NCBI RefSeq assembly: GCF_009914755.1
Contig: NC_060934.1
Origin: the human T2T-CHM13v2.0 reference genome, Homo sapiens
Strand: one strand, 5' to 3'
DNA length: 64,000 nucleotides
The position numbers were made by a program, and so were the translations under genes. Below, piece by piece: positions 1 to 13,544 of the stretch. A model generated the notes under the pieces. It was given only the letters and a program-made list of their open reading frames with translations, was not told where the DNA came from and ran no database searches. Within the stretch, counting starts at the first letter, position 1, and every line of letters begins with the position of its first letter.

Positions 1-99
1 ATGAATGAGTCTGACATTTCTCATTACATTAATCTGAGGTGTGCAAGTTAAAACTCTTTTTTTCCCTGAACCTGTGGCAATGTGTATGAAAAGAAAAAG

Positions 100-440
100 T
101 ATGCATCCCTTTAATTATATCTGGAAATATATCCAAAAATATATGTACAAAGATATTCATTGATATATCATCTGTAATAGAGAAAACAGGAAACAATCTA
201 AACATACATCACCAGGATATTAATTAAAATAGATATGATATCATAAAATGGAGTGGTATGTATTAAAAATTACAATATTGATTTAGAGAATGTGCTGTAG
301 CACATTGTTAAGTGGATAAAAATGATTTAATGAAAAACAAAAGTAAAAAAAGATTCACCAAAATGTTAACATAATCTGGGGGAGATTTTCTACTTTCTTT
401 ACATTTTTCTGTGTTGCTTGAATTTTCCAAAATGAAAGTA
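100..440 (+). mobile_element. Old L1 3' end fragment (L1ME4-like)
   Basis: TGTACAAAGATATTCATTG...GGAAACAATCTAAA motifs of L1ME 3' ends; boundaries approximate. Confidence 0.55.
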
Positions 441-1311
441 TTTTTCGTTTATAAAAAAATGTTTTAAGAGAAAATTAAAATTGGAAAAAAACAACTACCA
501 TTAATATGACTCAGGTCTGCCAATATAAACGCAATGGACACATTTATCAACATTAATGGTATTTCATACCTTTAAAAAATCTGGTTGTGCAGTATTTAAT
601 AGATACAAGTGAATACAGTTACCTATTTGGTATGAAATGTAGTATTAAAGTCATACCCATGAAGTTACCACCCATCCTATGAAGCAGACCTTACTGAAAC
701 ATGGCAGCTCTCTGAGTTCACCTTCCCTTGTCTAACTGAGGCTGACAACCATTTCTTTCTGTACATGCTGGACAACAAGTTTGAAAGCCCCTGGTCCAAG
801 ATGTGGCTTTAATAATAAATTAACCCTGTGCCTTTTGACATCAAAGTAGAATTGTGGTCAGAAGTAATGAAACAGAAAACACCCAGAATTCAATCAGGAA
901 GAAAGGGGAACAGCTAAGTCATACATTGGCTTGACATAGAAACCACTAGTCAGACAGACCTCTATGAGCTATTGATTTCACTCCCTACTCCAAAGCCAGG
1001 ACTTGTCACTAGTAAAATGAAATTAAGTTGGATTGCCTTGACACATGTCAGGTAGTAAGACACGGAGATCTAAAATTGCGAGAGAACAACTCCAAATTAT
1101 TCCAAATTGAAATAATGGGAAAAAGCACCCCAATTAACAATGAACTCCATTTCATACATCATAGAAAAGAGAACCACTAACTTGAAGGGAAACAAAAATA
1201 ATCAAATCAAAGAAAACAATAGAAATTTACTAAGAACTTTGTTGTAATAGTATGTTAAGCACTTTATAACAGAAAAAATTAATGTATCATCTGTGAAATC
1301 AAAGAACTTAC

Positions 1312-1644
<333 letters not shown>

Positions 1645-2167
1645 CTAAACTAGTGAATGAGTCAGTATAAATTGACTGAAAACTACAAATTGAGAACACA
1701 GCAGTCTAGCATGTAGTACAAATTAAATGGCACAGTAAATACAAGCTAAGGAAGGGGGGAAAGAGAAGGTAAGCTGAACTAACCAAAAGCAACGACACTT
1801 AACATTTTAAGTCGACATACAACAAAGTGGGGACACTACATAAACAGGTCACTGAGGATCAAAGCACACCCTTTATCAGCACCCAACATTGTCTACCTTG
1901 TTGGATAGCTACTTGAATAGACAGCACCCACACCATACTCTTCGATTCCTGAAGGCTGGGTCCAGGGCTTGGGTTATTTTAAACCTCCAGAAATCCACAC
2001 TTTGACATGGGATATGTTCTACAAACATTTATAGAATTCAAACCTTATTTGAATTGTTAAATTCTGATGAAGGTTGACATCTTCAATGAAGGAGAAAGAC
2101 AGCAGTGGAACAGTTGATAGGGAACTCTATCCCTCGAGATAAAAAGGAGGCTAAGCTGCGTGTGAAT

Positions 2168-2220
2168 GAGAGAGAGAGAGAATGTGTGTGTGTGTGTGCA
2201 TGTGTGTGTATGTGTGTGTA
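2168..2220. repeat. Compound (GA)n(TG)n microsatellite
   Basis: Direct reading. Confidence 0.9.
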
Positions 2221-2264
2221 TTAGGCCTGAAAGAGGGAGGATGGTGCCTAAAGGGAGAAAAAAG

Positions 2265-2700
2265 AGTAGATCAGTTTAGGCTAACTTATACTGCAGGAAC
2301 AAAATGTCCTCAAATTTTGGAGGCTAACAATGGAGTGAGGCTTAATACTAGTTCCTGTCTGGCTCCTTGCAGATAAGCTGTGGACATGGAGTCCACTCCA
2401 TGTCCTCTTCACTCAAAGACCAGGGCAGAAGGAGCACCCCTAACTGGCGCATGATAGTCCCATGGCAAAGAAAAGAGAAAGATGGCAGAGCAGGCCATAC
2501 CTATTAAAGTGTCTTCTCAGAAATGACACAAATTATTGTCACTGACATTTCACTGCCAAAATAAATCCTAGAGGATTTATTTGGCCAAGCTAGCCATGGG
2601 GCATCAGCCTTCTGTAGAGTAGGAGAGTATAATCCTTTCACAGGGATGGAAGGTGGGCAGAAAGGAGCAGCAAGTGTTCTGACAATAATATGAGCTGCCA
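2265..2700 (-). mobile_element. MaLR LTR relic (MLT1K/L-like)
   Basis: AGGCTAACTTATACTGCAGGAACAAA and CATGGCAAAGAAAAGAGA segments resemble reverse MLT1K/L; approximate ends. Confidence 0.55.
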
Positions 2701-3011
2701 CAAAAAGAATGGAAAATGGCTAGAGCTGAGCTTTCTTCCCCCCGTAATGATAGAAGCTGTCCTGTTATAAAAAGCAGCCCCTCCATTTCTGTGGTACTTT
2801 ATGCTGTTCTCATAATCTTTCAGATACTGTCTTACTATCTTTACAACTATCCTAGCAATGTTTCAAGGCCTCAGCAGTGCCTGAACTACAACACCAAATC
2901 TGGTACTCTCTCACCCACCTTAGGGAAGTCAGCCTTTCAGTCACCTGCAAAATGCAGATAATCCCAGATGCTTCCTAAGAAGACTGTTATGAGACTAAGT
3001 ACAATGATTAA

Positions 3012-3354
3012 CAGAGGCTCCCCAATTTAGGAAAAGGTTACATCCTAATAAACCCATCATCAAAAATGCATTTACTACACCTAACATACCTAACACCATA
3101 GCTTAGCTGAGCCCACCTTAAACATGCTCAGAACACTTACGTTAGCCTAAAGTTGGGTAAAATAATCCAACAAAAAACCTATTTATTCAAGTATTGAATA
3201 TTGTTTTTAAATTATTGAATACTGTACTGAAAGTTAAAATAGAATGGCTGTATGGGTACTTGAAGTATGGTTTCTACTGAAGGTGTATTGCTTTTGCACC
3301 ATCATGAAGTCAAGAAATCATTAAGTCGAATCATTGTAAATTGGGGACTGTTTG
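3012..3354 (+). mobile_element. MER47A-like TcMar-Tigger MITE
   Basis: CAGAGGCTCCCCAATTTA...TAAATTGGGGACTGTTTG inverted termini; internal CCTTAAACATGCTCAGAACACTTAC. Confidence 0.8.
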
Positions 3355-3383
3355 TATTTAAAACACACAAGCACAGACAGGTA

Positions 3384-3709
3384 TAGTCATGCACTGCATA
3401 ACAATGTTTTGGTCAACAAGGGACACACAAAAGGCAGTGGTTCCGTAAGATTATATTTTTCCTATACTTTTCTATGTTTAGATACACAAATACTTACCAT
3501 TTGGTTACAAGTGCCTATAGTATTCAGTAGAGCAACATGCTATACAGGTTTGCAGCAGCCTAGGAGCCACAGCCTATACCATATAGCCTAGGTTTGTAGT
3601 AGGCTACACCATCTAGATTTGTGTAAGTACACTCTATTATGTTGACACAACAACAATATTGCCTGAGGACACATTTCTTAGAACATAGCCTCATAATTAA
3701 GCAACTCAG
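3384..3709 (+). mobile_element. Tigger3a (MER7A)-like MITE
   Basis: AGTCATGCACTGCATAACAATGTTTTGGTCAAC start; TTTAGATACACAAATACTTACCATT and TATAGCCTAGG core. Confidence 0.85.
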
Positions 3710-3882
3710 TAAATATAAGGCATTACTATTATTAAATTATGACATGCATCCCCAAACTCACTTCTTTTCCAAATTGTCCTTAAATTTTAATTATAAAGAA
3801 TTTGTTAAAATTCATTAAGTGTAGAAAATAAATTAATGAACTTTCCTTCACTTTTAAAAACCTCTACTCTTATAGTTTTTTC

Positions 3883-3889
<7 letters not shown>

Positions 3890-3913
<24 letters not shown>
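3890..3913. repeat. (CA)n microsatellite
   Basis: Direct reading. Confidence 0.9.
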
Positions 3914-4369
3914 TCTTTTCTCATGACTTCAATTACTTGTTTATGTCCTGGTTAGTTTCTTAAATCTCTCAAGAATTTTAAAAGATCTATTCTTTCTTGA
4001 GCATTTGGAACTATTTTATTTCTTCCCCAAATAAGAAAAATTAAGAACAATTGAAGCTATTCAGGGTCATTCATTTAAAGTATAACATAGATTCCAAAAT
4101 GACACCCAACTAAGAATAAATTAAAGGCTTGGTATCAAAGACCCTCTATTTTCTTTTTCTAGCCCTAATTAGCAGTATTATCTTCTTTTCATTCTACTAA
4201 ACTATAGTTCTAGCCTTTTCCCAAAACATGATCTTCCTCTACCATCTCTGTTCAGACTGTTCCTTTCTGCTCAAACTGTTCCTTCTACCTAGAGTGTCCC
4301 CTAAGCACTCCTCCCAACTCTGTTCAAAGGTCTCATCCAGATAACTGAATGAGTGCACCATGATGTTAC

Positions 4370-4770
4370 CAAAGATGTTCATTACAGCACACTTTACAAA
4401 AATGAAAAGTTGAAAACAAAAATGTCCAGTAATATGCAACATTATAGACTACGTACACATGGAATGCTATATATTATGTATACATCTACAATTATGTAGA
4501 TGTATATTTATTGCTGTGGCATCATCTTACTATATTGTCAACTGAAGCCGATTTCAAAACAATAGTAATAACCAGACCCATTTTAGAGGGAAAATAAAGC
4601 ATGTATCTAATCTCGGCATAGAAAAGTATGGCAGAATACAAAAAAAAAAAAAAAAGCAATGTTAATTGTTAGCATTTTCACTGCCATGCAAAATAGTTTT
4701 GCAAATGCAAAATAGTTTTTGCATTCTAAAGTTCTTTCCAATTAGCAATGTTAACTTTTATAGTTTCATA
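4370..4770 (+). mobile_element. Old L1 3' fragment (L1ME4-like)
   Basis: AAGATGTTCATTACAGCAC...TTGAAAACAAAAATGTCCA...ATGGAATGCTAT. Confidence 0.55.
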
Positions 4771-6317
4771 AAAGGTACTTTAATAAAAAGGCATTAATCA
4801 TTAAATATCTAATCCACATATCATCTGCTCCTGAATCTCATCCCTGATCTAGCCCACTCCTCTTGCCACCCAGGTAATTTCTCTTTCTCTTCTGTTTTCT
4901 GAGTATTTTATATGTCTTTTATAATACCTACCACATTCAGTTTGAAATTATAGTTTTCTCTTTTCAGGTTTGATTATCAATTCCTAAAGTGCAATAAGTC
5001 TGTCTTATTTGTACTGAAATGTATCGTCAAAAGCAACGAGTCCCAAGTATCTAGTAAACATATTTTTGTTTATATCAACAAACATGAGTTTGTTGATATG
5101 AACATAATGCAACGCTATAAAATTTGCGCATCTAAAGACTATACACATAGCATCTCTCTAATGAAGAAATCTTCTATACAAGGGATGTTTGGAAACCACA
5201 TAAGGCCCATTCTGTTAAGAGAGATGATAATATAAGTCAGAATGTTATATCTATAATAAAATTTCTGTATTAAATTATTATTTCCATGTTTGCTTTCAAA
5301 GTACAAAGACACACTTATTTAAATTAAGCCAAAGGTAATTATTTCATAATCCAAAGGCAAGTCTCTCAGATTTTAACCACGAGCTTCCTCTTGAAATGAA
5401 CACAGATTACTTTTGCAGTAATCCAAGTCCATCCCTGACTCAGCGGGAACTATAAATACCTTTTGTTTTAAGAGGAAATCGGGGAAATGAATGTTTTACA
5501 ATTATGTAAGTCTGATTCAAAGAACTGACACAAGCAAATGTTTTGAAATATCCAAGGCATTTTTGTAAGGTTCAATAAAAAATGTGTTTTGAGAACTAGG
5601 TGGGTGAGATTTAAAGTAAAAACAACAAACACAATCTTAGCTGTTACTTAGCAATTTCAGGGTTCGATTGCTTCCTTCTAAAGGGCAAGTTAGAAAACTG
5701 AAGAAGTTGCTTCTAGAAGAAACATTGAGATGTCTGATCTGGTTTCGTTTTTTTCCTCCATTTCACTCCCTAAGATTTTAATCAAGCCAAGATGAACCTT
5801 AAACTGCCCAGGTTTTGTTTTGTTTTTACTCTCTCCCTAGAGGCAATTGGGTTTCCATTAAAACTTAATTTTGAATCAAAAGCAAAGCTGCATGGAATGC
5901 TTAGTTGGGAGGAATCCTGACTACTTGTCTCTGTAGCACCACTACCTGAAGGAATTTAAGATTTGAAGGAATATGGGGAAGGGAGAGAAGGAAGTTCAAT
6001 AGGCAGTGAGCAGAATGACTGATCGCCAATACTAGCACTTGGAGATCAGTTTAACAGCCAGAATAGGCAAGCGATGCCAGGGGTCAGTTATGAAGCTGAG
6101 TCAACAACTCAAGAAACTGTTCTAAATTCTAAATTGGTTTTGGCATCTATTTTCAATTCCAGAAACAATATGAGCATGACAACTTGAGTTATAGCAAGCA
6201 CTGACTCAAAACCAAACCTTGTTTTTATTCATCAAATGAAACTCTTACCACCACGGCTGAGGCAGATAATTAAAGAATTGTGGCTTAGAAATGTCTTCAC
6301 AACAGGAAACCTACAAT

Positions 6318-6731
6318 TAGTGGTGTATTAGAGCCAACTTATACCAGGCCACTAGAACCAATTGTTAAATTCTCAAAATTTTTAGCAAGCTGGTTGTTAA
6401 ACACAGTCATTATTAAAAGTTAAATTATATAAACAAAATTAAAATAAATCATACTAAAAACAAAGGTAATAAATACTCAAATCTCATCACTTCCTATTAT
6501 TTTACTGTTAAGCATGCTCTTGAGGTGATTTGTAACTACTGTATCTGGTTGGTAGAAACTATATAATGCTGTGCTACTACATAAGACTTCCCAGCCTCGC
6601 TTTCAGTGACTTTTGCTGGTAGTTTAAAATGAGCCAGCCACAGCAGTGGTACTTACACAATGGAAACCTGCAAACATGACAACCCCTCCTTCTGACATTG
6701 CCAGCTTGTTAACATCTACCTGCAGATACTA
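6318..6731 (+). mobile_element. MER63-like hAT DNA transposon
   Basis: TAGTGGTGTATTAGAGCC terminus; AAAACAAAGGTAATAAATACTCAAA core; 8-bp TSD CCTACAAT/CCTATAAT. Confidence 0.8.
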
Positions 6732-6849
6732 CCTATAATGTTAATCACCACAGCTTGGCAATAGGTAAGGAACTTGAGCTGGCCAATCTTTTGAGATAGA
6801 ATAAAGGCCTATAGATTATAAATCATGACACAAATATAAGGAAGAAAAG

Positions 6850-7065
6850 TAAATATGATTTATTGTGCCAGTAACTATACTGTGCCAGTCATAGCACAAA
6901 GTACTTTCCACAAACTTTAATTTTATGAGAGATAGTATCAAATCCAATATACAGATGAGTTGACTAAGGTTCTGAGAGGTTGAGTAACTACTAAAAAGCA
7001 CAAGAGCAAGAGTGAGGCCTAGGATTGTCTGACTCAAAAATATATGATCTTTCCACTAAGCTACC
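6850..7065 (-). mobile_element. MIR SINE
   Basis: TACAGATGAGTTGACTAAGGTTCTGAGAGGTTGAGTAACT = reverse MIR core. Confidence 0.7.
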
Positions 7066-7681
7066 CCACTTACTAACATTATTGTTATCACAGTGAAACC
7101 AAAATCAACCATATGTAACTGTCAGATAATTAGCAAACATTAATAGCCTCTGATGTACATAAAAGTAGCATACATGAAGAGGGATATGGAGAAGATGTAG
7201 ACAAAGAACTCAATTTTAATCATATTCACCAAATTTGTTCATATTTACTTCAAAATATGCCCACAGAAAAAAATACCTGAGTGAGAAATGGAGCCCAAGG
7301 AAACCACTAGGACCAAAAATATCTGCATATCCTAAGGGTTATTCCAAGCTTAATTTAAATGCTGACCATGTGCAGGGAATTCTCTTAATTCTTCAAATAC
7401 TTATGCTCTGTCCACCAAATTGACACACTCAACTTAAAATGACACACCCTATCAAGAAAGAAGTACGCAAAATAAGATTTATCAAAGTTAGCATCAATTG
7501 TTTGACGTGTTTGGATATTTACTTTATAAAATAGTTTCTCTTTTGCACTCAAGTTAGTTGATTGTGCTATCCTTTTACCATGGTTCCTTAAAGAAAATTT
7601 ACCCAGTAGTTAAAAGAATTCCAAAAGGCCAAGAACATTAACTTACGGATTATTTAAAAACATTCTGGTCATCTTGGCTTC

Positions 7682-7705
7682 CTATAAGCTACCAGCTTCT
7701 CCCAT
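7682..7705 (-). other. Upstream ORF MGEAGSL* in exon 6
   Basis: ACA-ATG-G strong context; ends at TAG. Confidence 0.5.
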
Positions 7706-7724
7706 TGTTCCAGTACAGTTCCAT
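7689..7724 (-). other. Upstream ORF MELYWNNGRSW* in exon 6
   Basis: GTG-ATG-G context (purine at -3, G at +4); ends at TAG; translation not shown by sequence. Confidence 0.5.
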
Positions 7725-8765
7725 CACCTGTCATAAGCAGAAAGAATCTAATTAGTTACATGTCTCAGAAAGGCCATTTCTTGATTTCCACTAGTTAGTC
7801 TCTTCTTCACACACAAGACATAGAAAAGTCCAGTCATCTCTTCTCTTTTTTACCAAAAACAAAAAGGAAAGAGAAAATAGCAACACAGAAAATTACCTTA
7901 AGAGAAAAAAAATTTTAAGAGCAGTATTTCCACTATGAAGGATTGGGGTGGTGAACCCTTAAAATTTTGCCCTCCATTATGTTTTCAGGAAGAGATACCT
8001 AGTCTGTTTCCCAGGCGGCAACAGTATTAGAGTAACCCACCTTCTCTCTCCATCTCTCCTCCCTAACCCCTTCTTACCTCTCCTCAAAAGTGAAGGATTA
8101 ATTTGCCTGGAAGGACTAAACGAGACACCAAATGATTTCTTGGCCCTGCTCTGAGCCAGGCAACAAAGGCCTCCCTCCAGTCACACATGCTTTGATCCAA
8201 CAAAGGCATTATACCAGAACTATGGACACCTAATGCTTAATGATCAGAATTGCTACATTGTCCACATGTCCAGTTCAACAACTACTGGAGGATTCATATA
8301 ATTCACAGAATAATAAAATATGGCCAGCAAAGGGCCTTCCTTTTTCCAAGAAGAAGTCATTCAGAACAATGTGTTTACTTTTGTTTTTCCATTTCTTAGC
8401 ATTTTAGAATAAACAGGCTAGAAATAGAACTTTTTGCTTTCTTTCCCTTCAGAGAAGGGCCCCAAATAAAAATACCCGACTTTTACCAGCTAGAATGCAA
8501 CTATTGCTCATGTTATGTGAAGAACGTGTGGCTCCAAGAAGACAACATTGATAAAACAGGAACCTAAATTAACTTTCATCACCTGAGGCCTCAATGTTAA
8601 TTCTGAGATGAGATTAATAATTGTGATATGGCTCCATGCATGCACTGAGGTACCATGAGAGGCAGTGTAACCTCAGTTACCTGAACCATAGACAGAAACC
8701 TCAAGTTACCCAAAGCATAAAGGGACAGGGCGGTGTTACGGAGATTAAGAAAGGAGGAGATGATT

Positions 8766-9073
8766 GGCCAGCAGTGGTGGCTCACGCCTCTAATCCCAGC
8801 ATTTTGGGTGGCTGAGACGGGCAGATCACAGGGTCAGGAGATCGAGACCATCCTGGCTAACACAGTGAAACCCTGTCTCTACTAAAAATACAAAAAAAAA
8901 AAAAAAAAATTAGCCAGGCGTGGTGGCGGGTGCCTGTGGTCCCAGCTACTCAGGAGGCTGAGGCAGAGAATGACGTGAACCCGGGAGGCGGAGTTTGCAG
9001 TGAGCCGAGATCACGCCACTGCACTCCAACCTGGGCGACAGAGCAAGACTCCGTCTCAAAAAAAAAAAAAAAA
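8766..9073 (+). mobile_element. AluY-like SINE
   Basis: GAGATCGAGACCATCCTGGCTAACA; A tail; degenerate TSD AGA(A/C)AGGAGGAGATG. Confidence 0.93.
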
Positions 9074-9309
9074 GACAGGAGGAGATGGAACAAACACCAA
9101 ATAAATAAATATAGAGATCTTCTCTAATAATAAAGAAAGAACTTGTCAGCCTCAATAAAAATAGCAAGGAAGAACTGAGGAGTCAAAGATCTAAAAATTA
9201 TACCCAACACTAAGAGGAACAGATTCATTGGCTAGCTATGGCTTTATATGCCTGGCCACTGACATGAGGCTCTTTACATGAATGAGAAACACAGTAAGGT
9301 TTGATACAG

Positions 9310-9510
9310 GTTTAAAATAAACAGGTTTGAACCCCATCTGTGCTGTTTAATAGCAGTGTGATCTTTGCCAAGTAATTTATTCCTTCTAAGGCTCAGTTTC
9401 CAAGTCTGTAAAATACATACAATAATACATACCTTGCAGAGTAGTTATATAACTTAAAGATGATATATGCACTGTGTCCATCATACAATTAGTTCTCAAA
9501 AGATTACTGC
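9310..9510 (+). mobile_element. MIR SINE
   Basis: GTGTGATCTTTGCCAAGT...CTCAGTTTCCAAGTCTGTAAAAT. Confidence 0.7.
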
Positions 9511-10009
9511 AATTACTGTGCTCACTAGTGCAACTATGGTAGCAAGACTATTAAATTCATGATTACAATTGCAATTATGTCCATTAAATTCACAGACTCT
9601 TTCCTGATGAGACCATTCTGGAAAGAAGTTCTAAATGTAACTTTTGACAACAATATAAAACTTTTCTAAGTTGATCTGATGAAATGTTCAATACAAATCT
9701 CCACCTTAGTTGACAGCCTTTATTAACATGGGCACACAGAAAGCTCTAGCTATGTCTTTGTTAGCATTCTTCATATCAATACTGAGCTTCTTTTTTTGAT
9801 GATGAATTCCTGAAAAGAGGGAATGAATCACTTCCATTAGTGCTAATTCTTCTGGTGTACATTCTAATGCTGGGCACCACATCACAGACTCATAAGCAAC
9901 AGTATGGATTTGTCAGTTATGTTAAAAACAAACAAACAAACAAACAAAAAAATACAAGATTCACCAGGTGAACGCATACTAACTTTAAAACAGAAGTGCC
10001 AGAACTTAA

Positions 10010-10548
<539 letters not shown>

Positions 10549-11104
10549 AACAACCAACTTTTTTGAACCACCCATTTGGTGGAAGACACTGTGCTCAGCA
10601 GTGGGAGTGGGGAAGGGGTTATAAGGTGATTGCGATGAAGTTCATTTAAAAGAATGCAGAACACTGGCGGTATCACTGGAATATAAGCAATTAGTTCAGC
10701 TGATGCACTTAAAAAGAACAATCTGGACGTATGAACCCTGGCTGTGATTGTTACAAGCCCAGCACTTCCTAATCGTGCTTCAAATACAATGTTAAGATTC
10801 CATAACAGTCATGGGAAAACCTGGCTCCTTTTCTGAATGTTCACTTTACACTCTAGGGCAAAGCTGAGCCTGCTACCCCTGGGTGGAAGAAGACTGGCTG
10901 GCATCAAAATCAAGAGCATTCAAGAGCTAATATGAAAATAAGGCTGGAGAAGTTGTGGGAAAAGTTCCTGTGGCCATGAGACAGTTGTTTGATTCTTAGC
11001 CTCTTTCTCCAAATGATCTAGTTTACTAAGAAGAATTTGGGCTTCCTCTATGGGAGACAGTATCCCGTGGCCATGAAAGGTATGTGCGTTGCTGTCACAC
11101 AGAA

Positions 11105-11300
11105 CTATGTTCTGCAACTAAGCTCTGAAGACCTTGAGCATGTTGTGTAATTTCTGTAAGCCTCAGTTTCCTCATCTATAGAATGGGAGCGATATCAGTA
11201 CAATAACCAGATGTTGTTATATGGGTTAAAAGACATAATGTCTATACACAATTTAATAAAGTTCATGGCAAACAGTAAACGCTTATTAAATGTTGTGCCA
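11105..11300 (+). mobile_element. MIR SINE
   Basis: AAGCCTCAGTTTCCTCATCTATAGAATGGG core. Confidence 0.8.
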
Positions 11301-11574
11301 TTGGAAAATGTACACTATCCTCATACTTTGGGGGCAATACAAGTACTAGGGTGAAGACACAAAAAAAGAGGTATCCCAGTATGCTCAACAATGTTCCAGC
11401 CCACTTCACTAGGAGACCACAAAAGGGCTTGGGGTGATATCTCATGTAGCAATAAAGGGCAAATTGTCTGCTCTTACATCTGTGCATGTAACTTGGAAGC
11501 AAAATGAGAGTGGCAGCAGTATTCAGAGGCTTCTTGGCCAGTGGAAAATTCAGAAATGTTAACACCAGCCACAC

Positions 11575-11690
11575 AGAAACAAAACTGAGTAACTTGCTCA
11601 AGATTAGTTAGCTAATAAATGGCAGAAGCTGAAATTCAAGCCCACGCAGTCTAGCTTTAGTCTTTGTTCTTAACCACTATACTACACTGT
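11575..11690 (-). mobile_element. MIR SINE fragment
   Basis: GTAACTTGCTCAAG...AATGGCAGAAGCTGAAATTCAAGCCCA...TCTTAACCACTA. Confidence 0.7.
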
Positions 11691-12316
11691 GTCCCTGGCA
11701 AAGAGAAGGAACAATAACTAAAGACTAACTAAGACACAGGCCAGGAGCAGGCCATAAAAAAGCAAGAAACAGCACCCTACTGATGTCTGAAGAAAAGAGG
11801 AAGATAACATAAGAGTTACTGGGGCAAAAGAGTAAAAGCACCAAAACTGCTAATGATTCTAACCTGAAATTTACCAACACAGCCTTAGCAAGACATCCTA
11901 AAAGGATGGTATAGTGAAAGTGACCTGGTTTTGTAATTCAGTGCTTGCTTAAAGAGAATAGTAATCAGAAGACACAAAAGCTGAGAAGACCTCACTTTGG
12001 TCCTTTATAGAAGCCACACTATGATGTAGGAACAAATGTCTAGAGAAGAATGTGTCACATACCCCAAATGCCCACTGACAAGGAAGGGCCCCAGCAGCAT
12101 GAGAGTTGCTTCCAAAGGCAGGGTTTCCTGCTACCTTTTCATTGCATTTCTACAGTAGAGAAGAGGAGGAAAAGCCACTCAGGGCTGTTGAATTCTCTGT
12201 AGGTCAGAAGGAAGGAAAAAAGCAGAAGGGATGAGAAACACGCTGCTATTAAGTAGGAGAATGGACAGAGAGGAGAGTAAGGATAAAGAGAAGCCATATT
12301 CTTGGCCAGTCTCAGA

Positions 12317-12837
12317 TGTGTCAGACTCTAAAGTGGCCCCCTTGATCTCTGTCTCTTCCTATCTAGGCCTTGCCTAATTCCCTCACCCTTTCAGGACAGG
12401 TTCTGTGACTTGCTTGTAGCCAATAGAGTAAGGCAAAAATGACAGGATGTATGTGGGTACATTACATAAGATTGTAACATCTACTCTGCTACAAGTTTCT
12501 CTCTTGGTTTTGAAAGTGCAGGCTGCCATTTTGTGGGCTGCCTACTGAGAGAGCCCCATGAGGACAACCTCCAGCTGACAGCAAGAAACCAAGGCTCTAG
12601 TTAGAGAGCCCATGAGAAACTGAATCCTGCCAATCACACGGGCTTGGGAACAAATCCTCCTCCCATCCAGCCTCAGGTAAGACAGCAGCCATAGCTGATG
12701 CTTGACTGTGGCCTTGCTAAGTACCTTGCTAAGTCATTCCCAGACTCCCGACCCACAGAAACTGTGAGATAATTTTGTGATTGATTAAGCTGCTAAGTTT
12801 GTGCTAGATTGTTATGTAGCTATAGATAACTACTACA
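12317..12837 (+). mobile_element. MaLR solo LTR (MLT1E/F-like)
   Basis: TGTGTCAGACTCTAAAGTGGCCCCC start; CCCACAGAAACTGTGAGATAA...ATAGATAACTACTACA end (TG...CA). Confidence 0.8.
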
Positions 12838-13544
12838 AAAGGGAGGTGAAGTTCATGTCCCTGATGTCACCACATGTCCTTCTGAGAGAGGAGAGGGGAG
12901 AAAGAGGAAGCCCCAAGAGCCAGGGTGAGCAATTCTGCCTCTACATTAGCACACACCCTCCAATTCAGTTCTCTCCAACTCAGACTCAGTTTCCTCCCTT
13001 AACACTCCATCCTATTCTTGTCATTTGGAGGATATAATGAAACATATTAGCCAAGGAAATAGCAATCGTATAAATGGCGATCAGGTTCCCTGGCTGGCCT
13101 GCAAAAGCTACTCAACATGCGAAACATGACACGTTTAGAATAGTAAGAGAACTGTGACCATTATATGAGCTATATTAAGACCCTATATGGCATACAATAA
13201 TTTAAACAAAGGAATATTTAAAATGTGATAGATTGGACTTAAACACTGAATAAAACATGTTCCAAGAGACATGTTGGAGACTTGTTGGATTAGTGGTTTT
13301 GAGAACTGAATAAAAATTAAAACATCCAATTTTTATCTAAGTTTTTCTAATATGGGCGCCTTAAAAACCAAATGTAAATATTCTTAAATTTTCTCAGCAA
13401 GCACCTGTAGCTTTGACAAATCAAGTAACAATCATTCTCAACCACAGAGTATACAGCTAAAACTCACTCAATGAGCCAGAGACCTCTTATCTCAGCAGGC
13501 CATCTTTTCAAGCAGAAACTGGTAGGGAAATCCTACCATCAAAT

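Larger units (their letters stand above)
7647..7727 (-). other. SGMS1: Non-coding 5'UTR exon (exon 6, 81 nt)
   Basis: Minus strand: ctaattagattctttctgcttatgacag|GTGATGG...AATAATCC|gtaagt; CTAAT branch-point-like motif upstream. Confidence 0.9.

Noticed and set aside
5451-5457. TATAAAT as a TATA box
   Set aside because: Common in AT-rich DNA; no CpG island or initiator evidence.
6249-6310. 62-nt minus-strand pseudo-exon with GTG|gtaaga donor
   Set aside because: Acceptor sits at the MER63 terminus and lacks a polypyrimidine tract.
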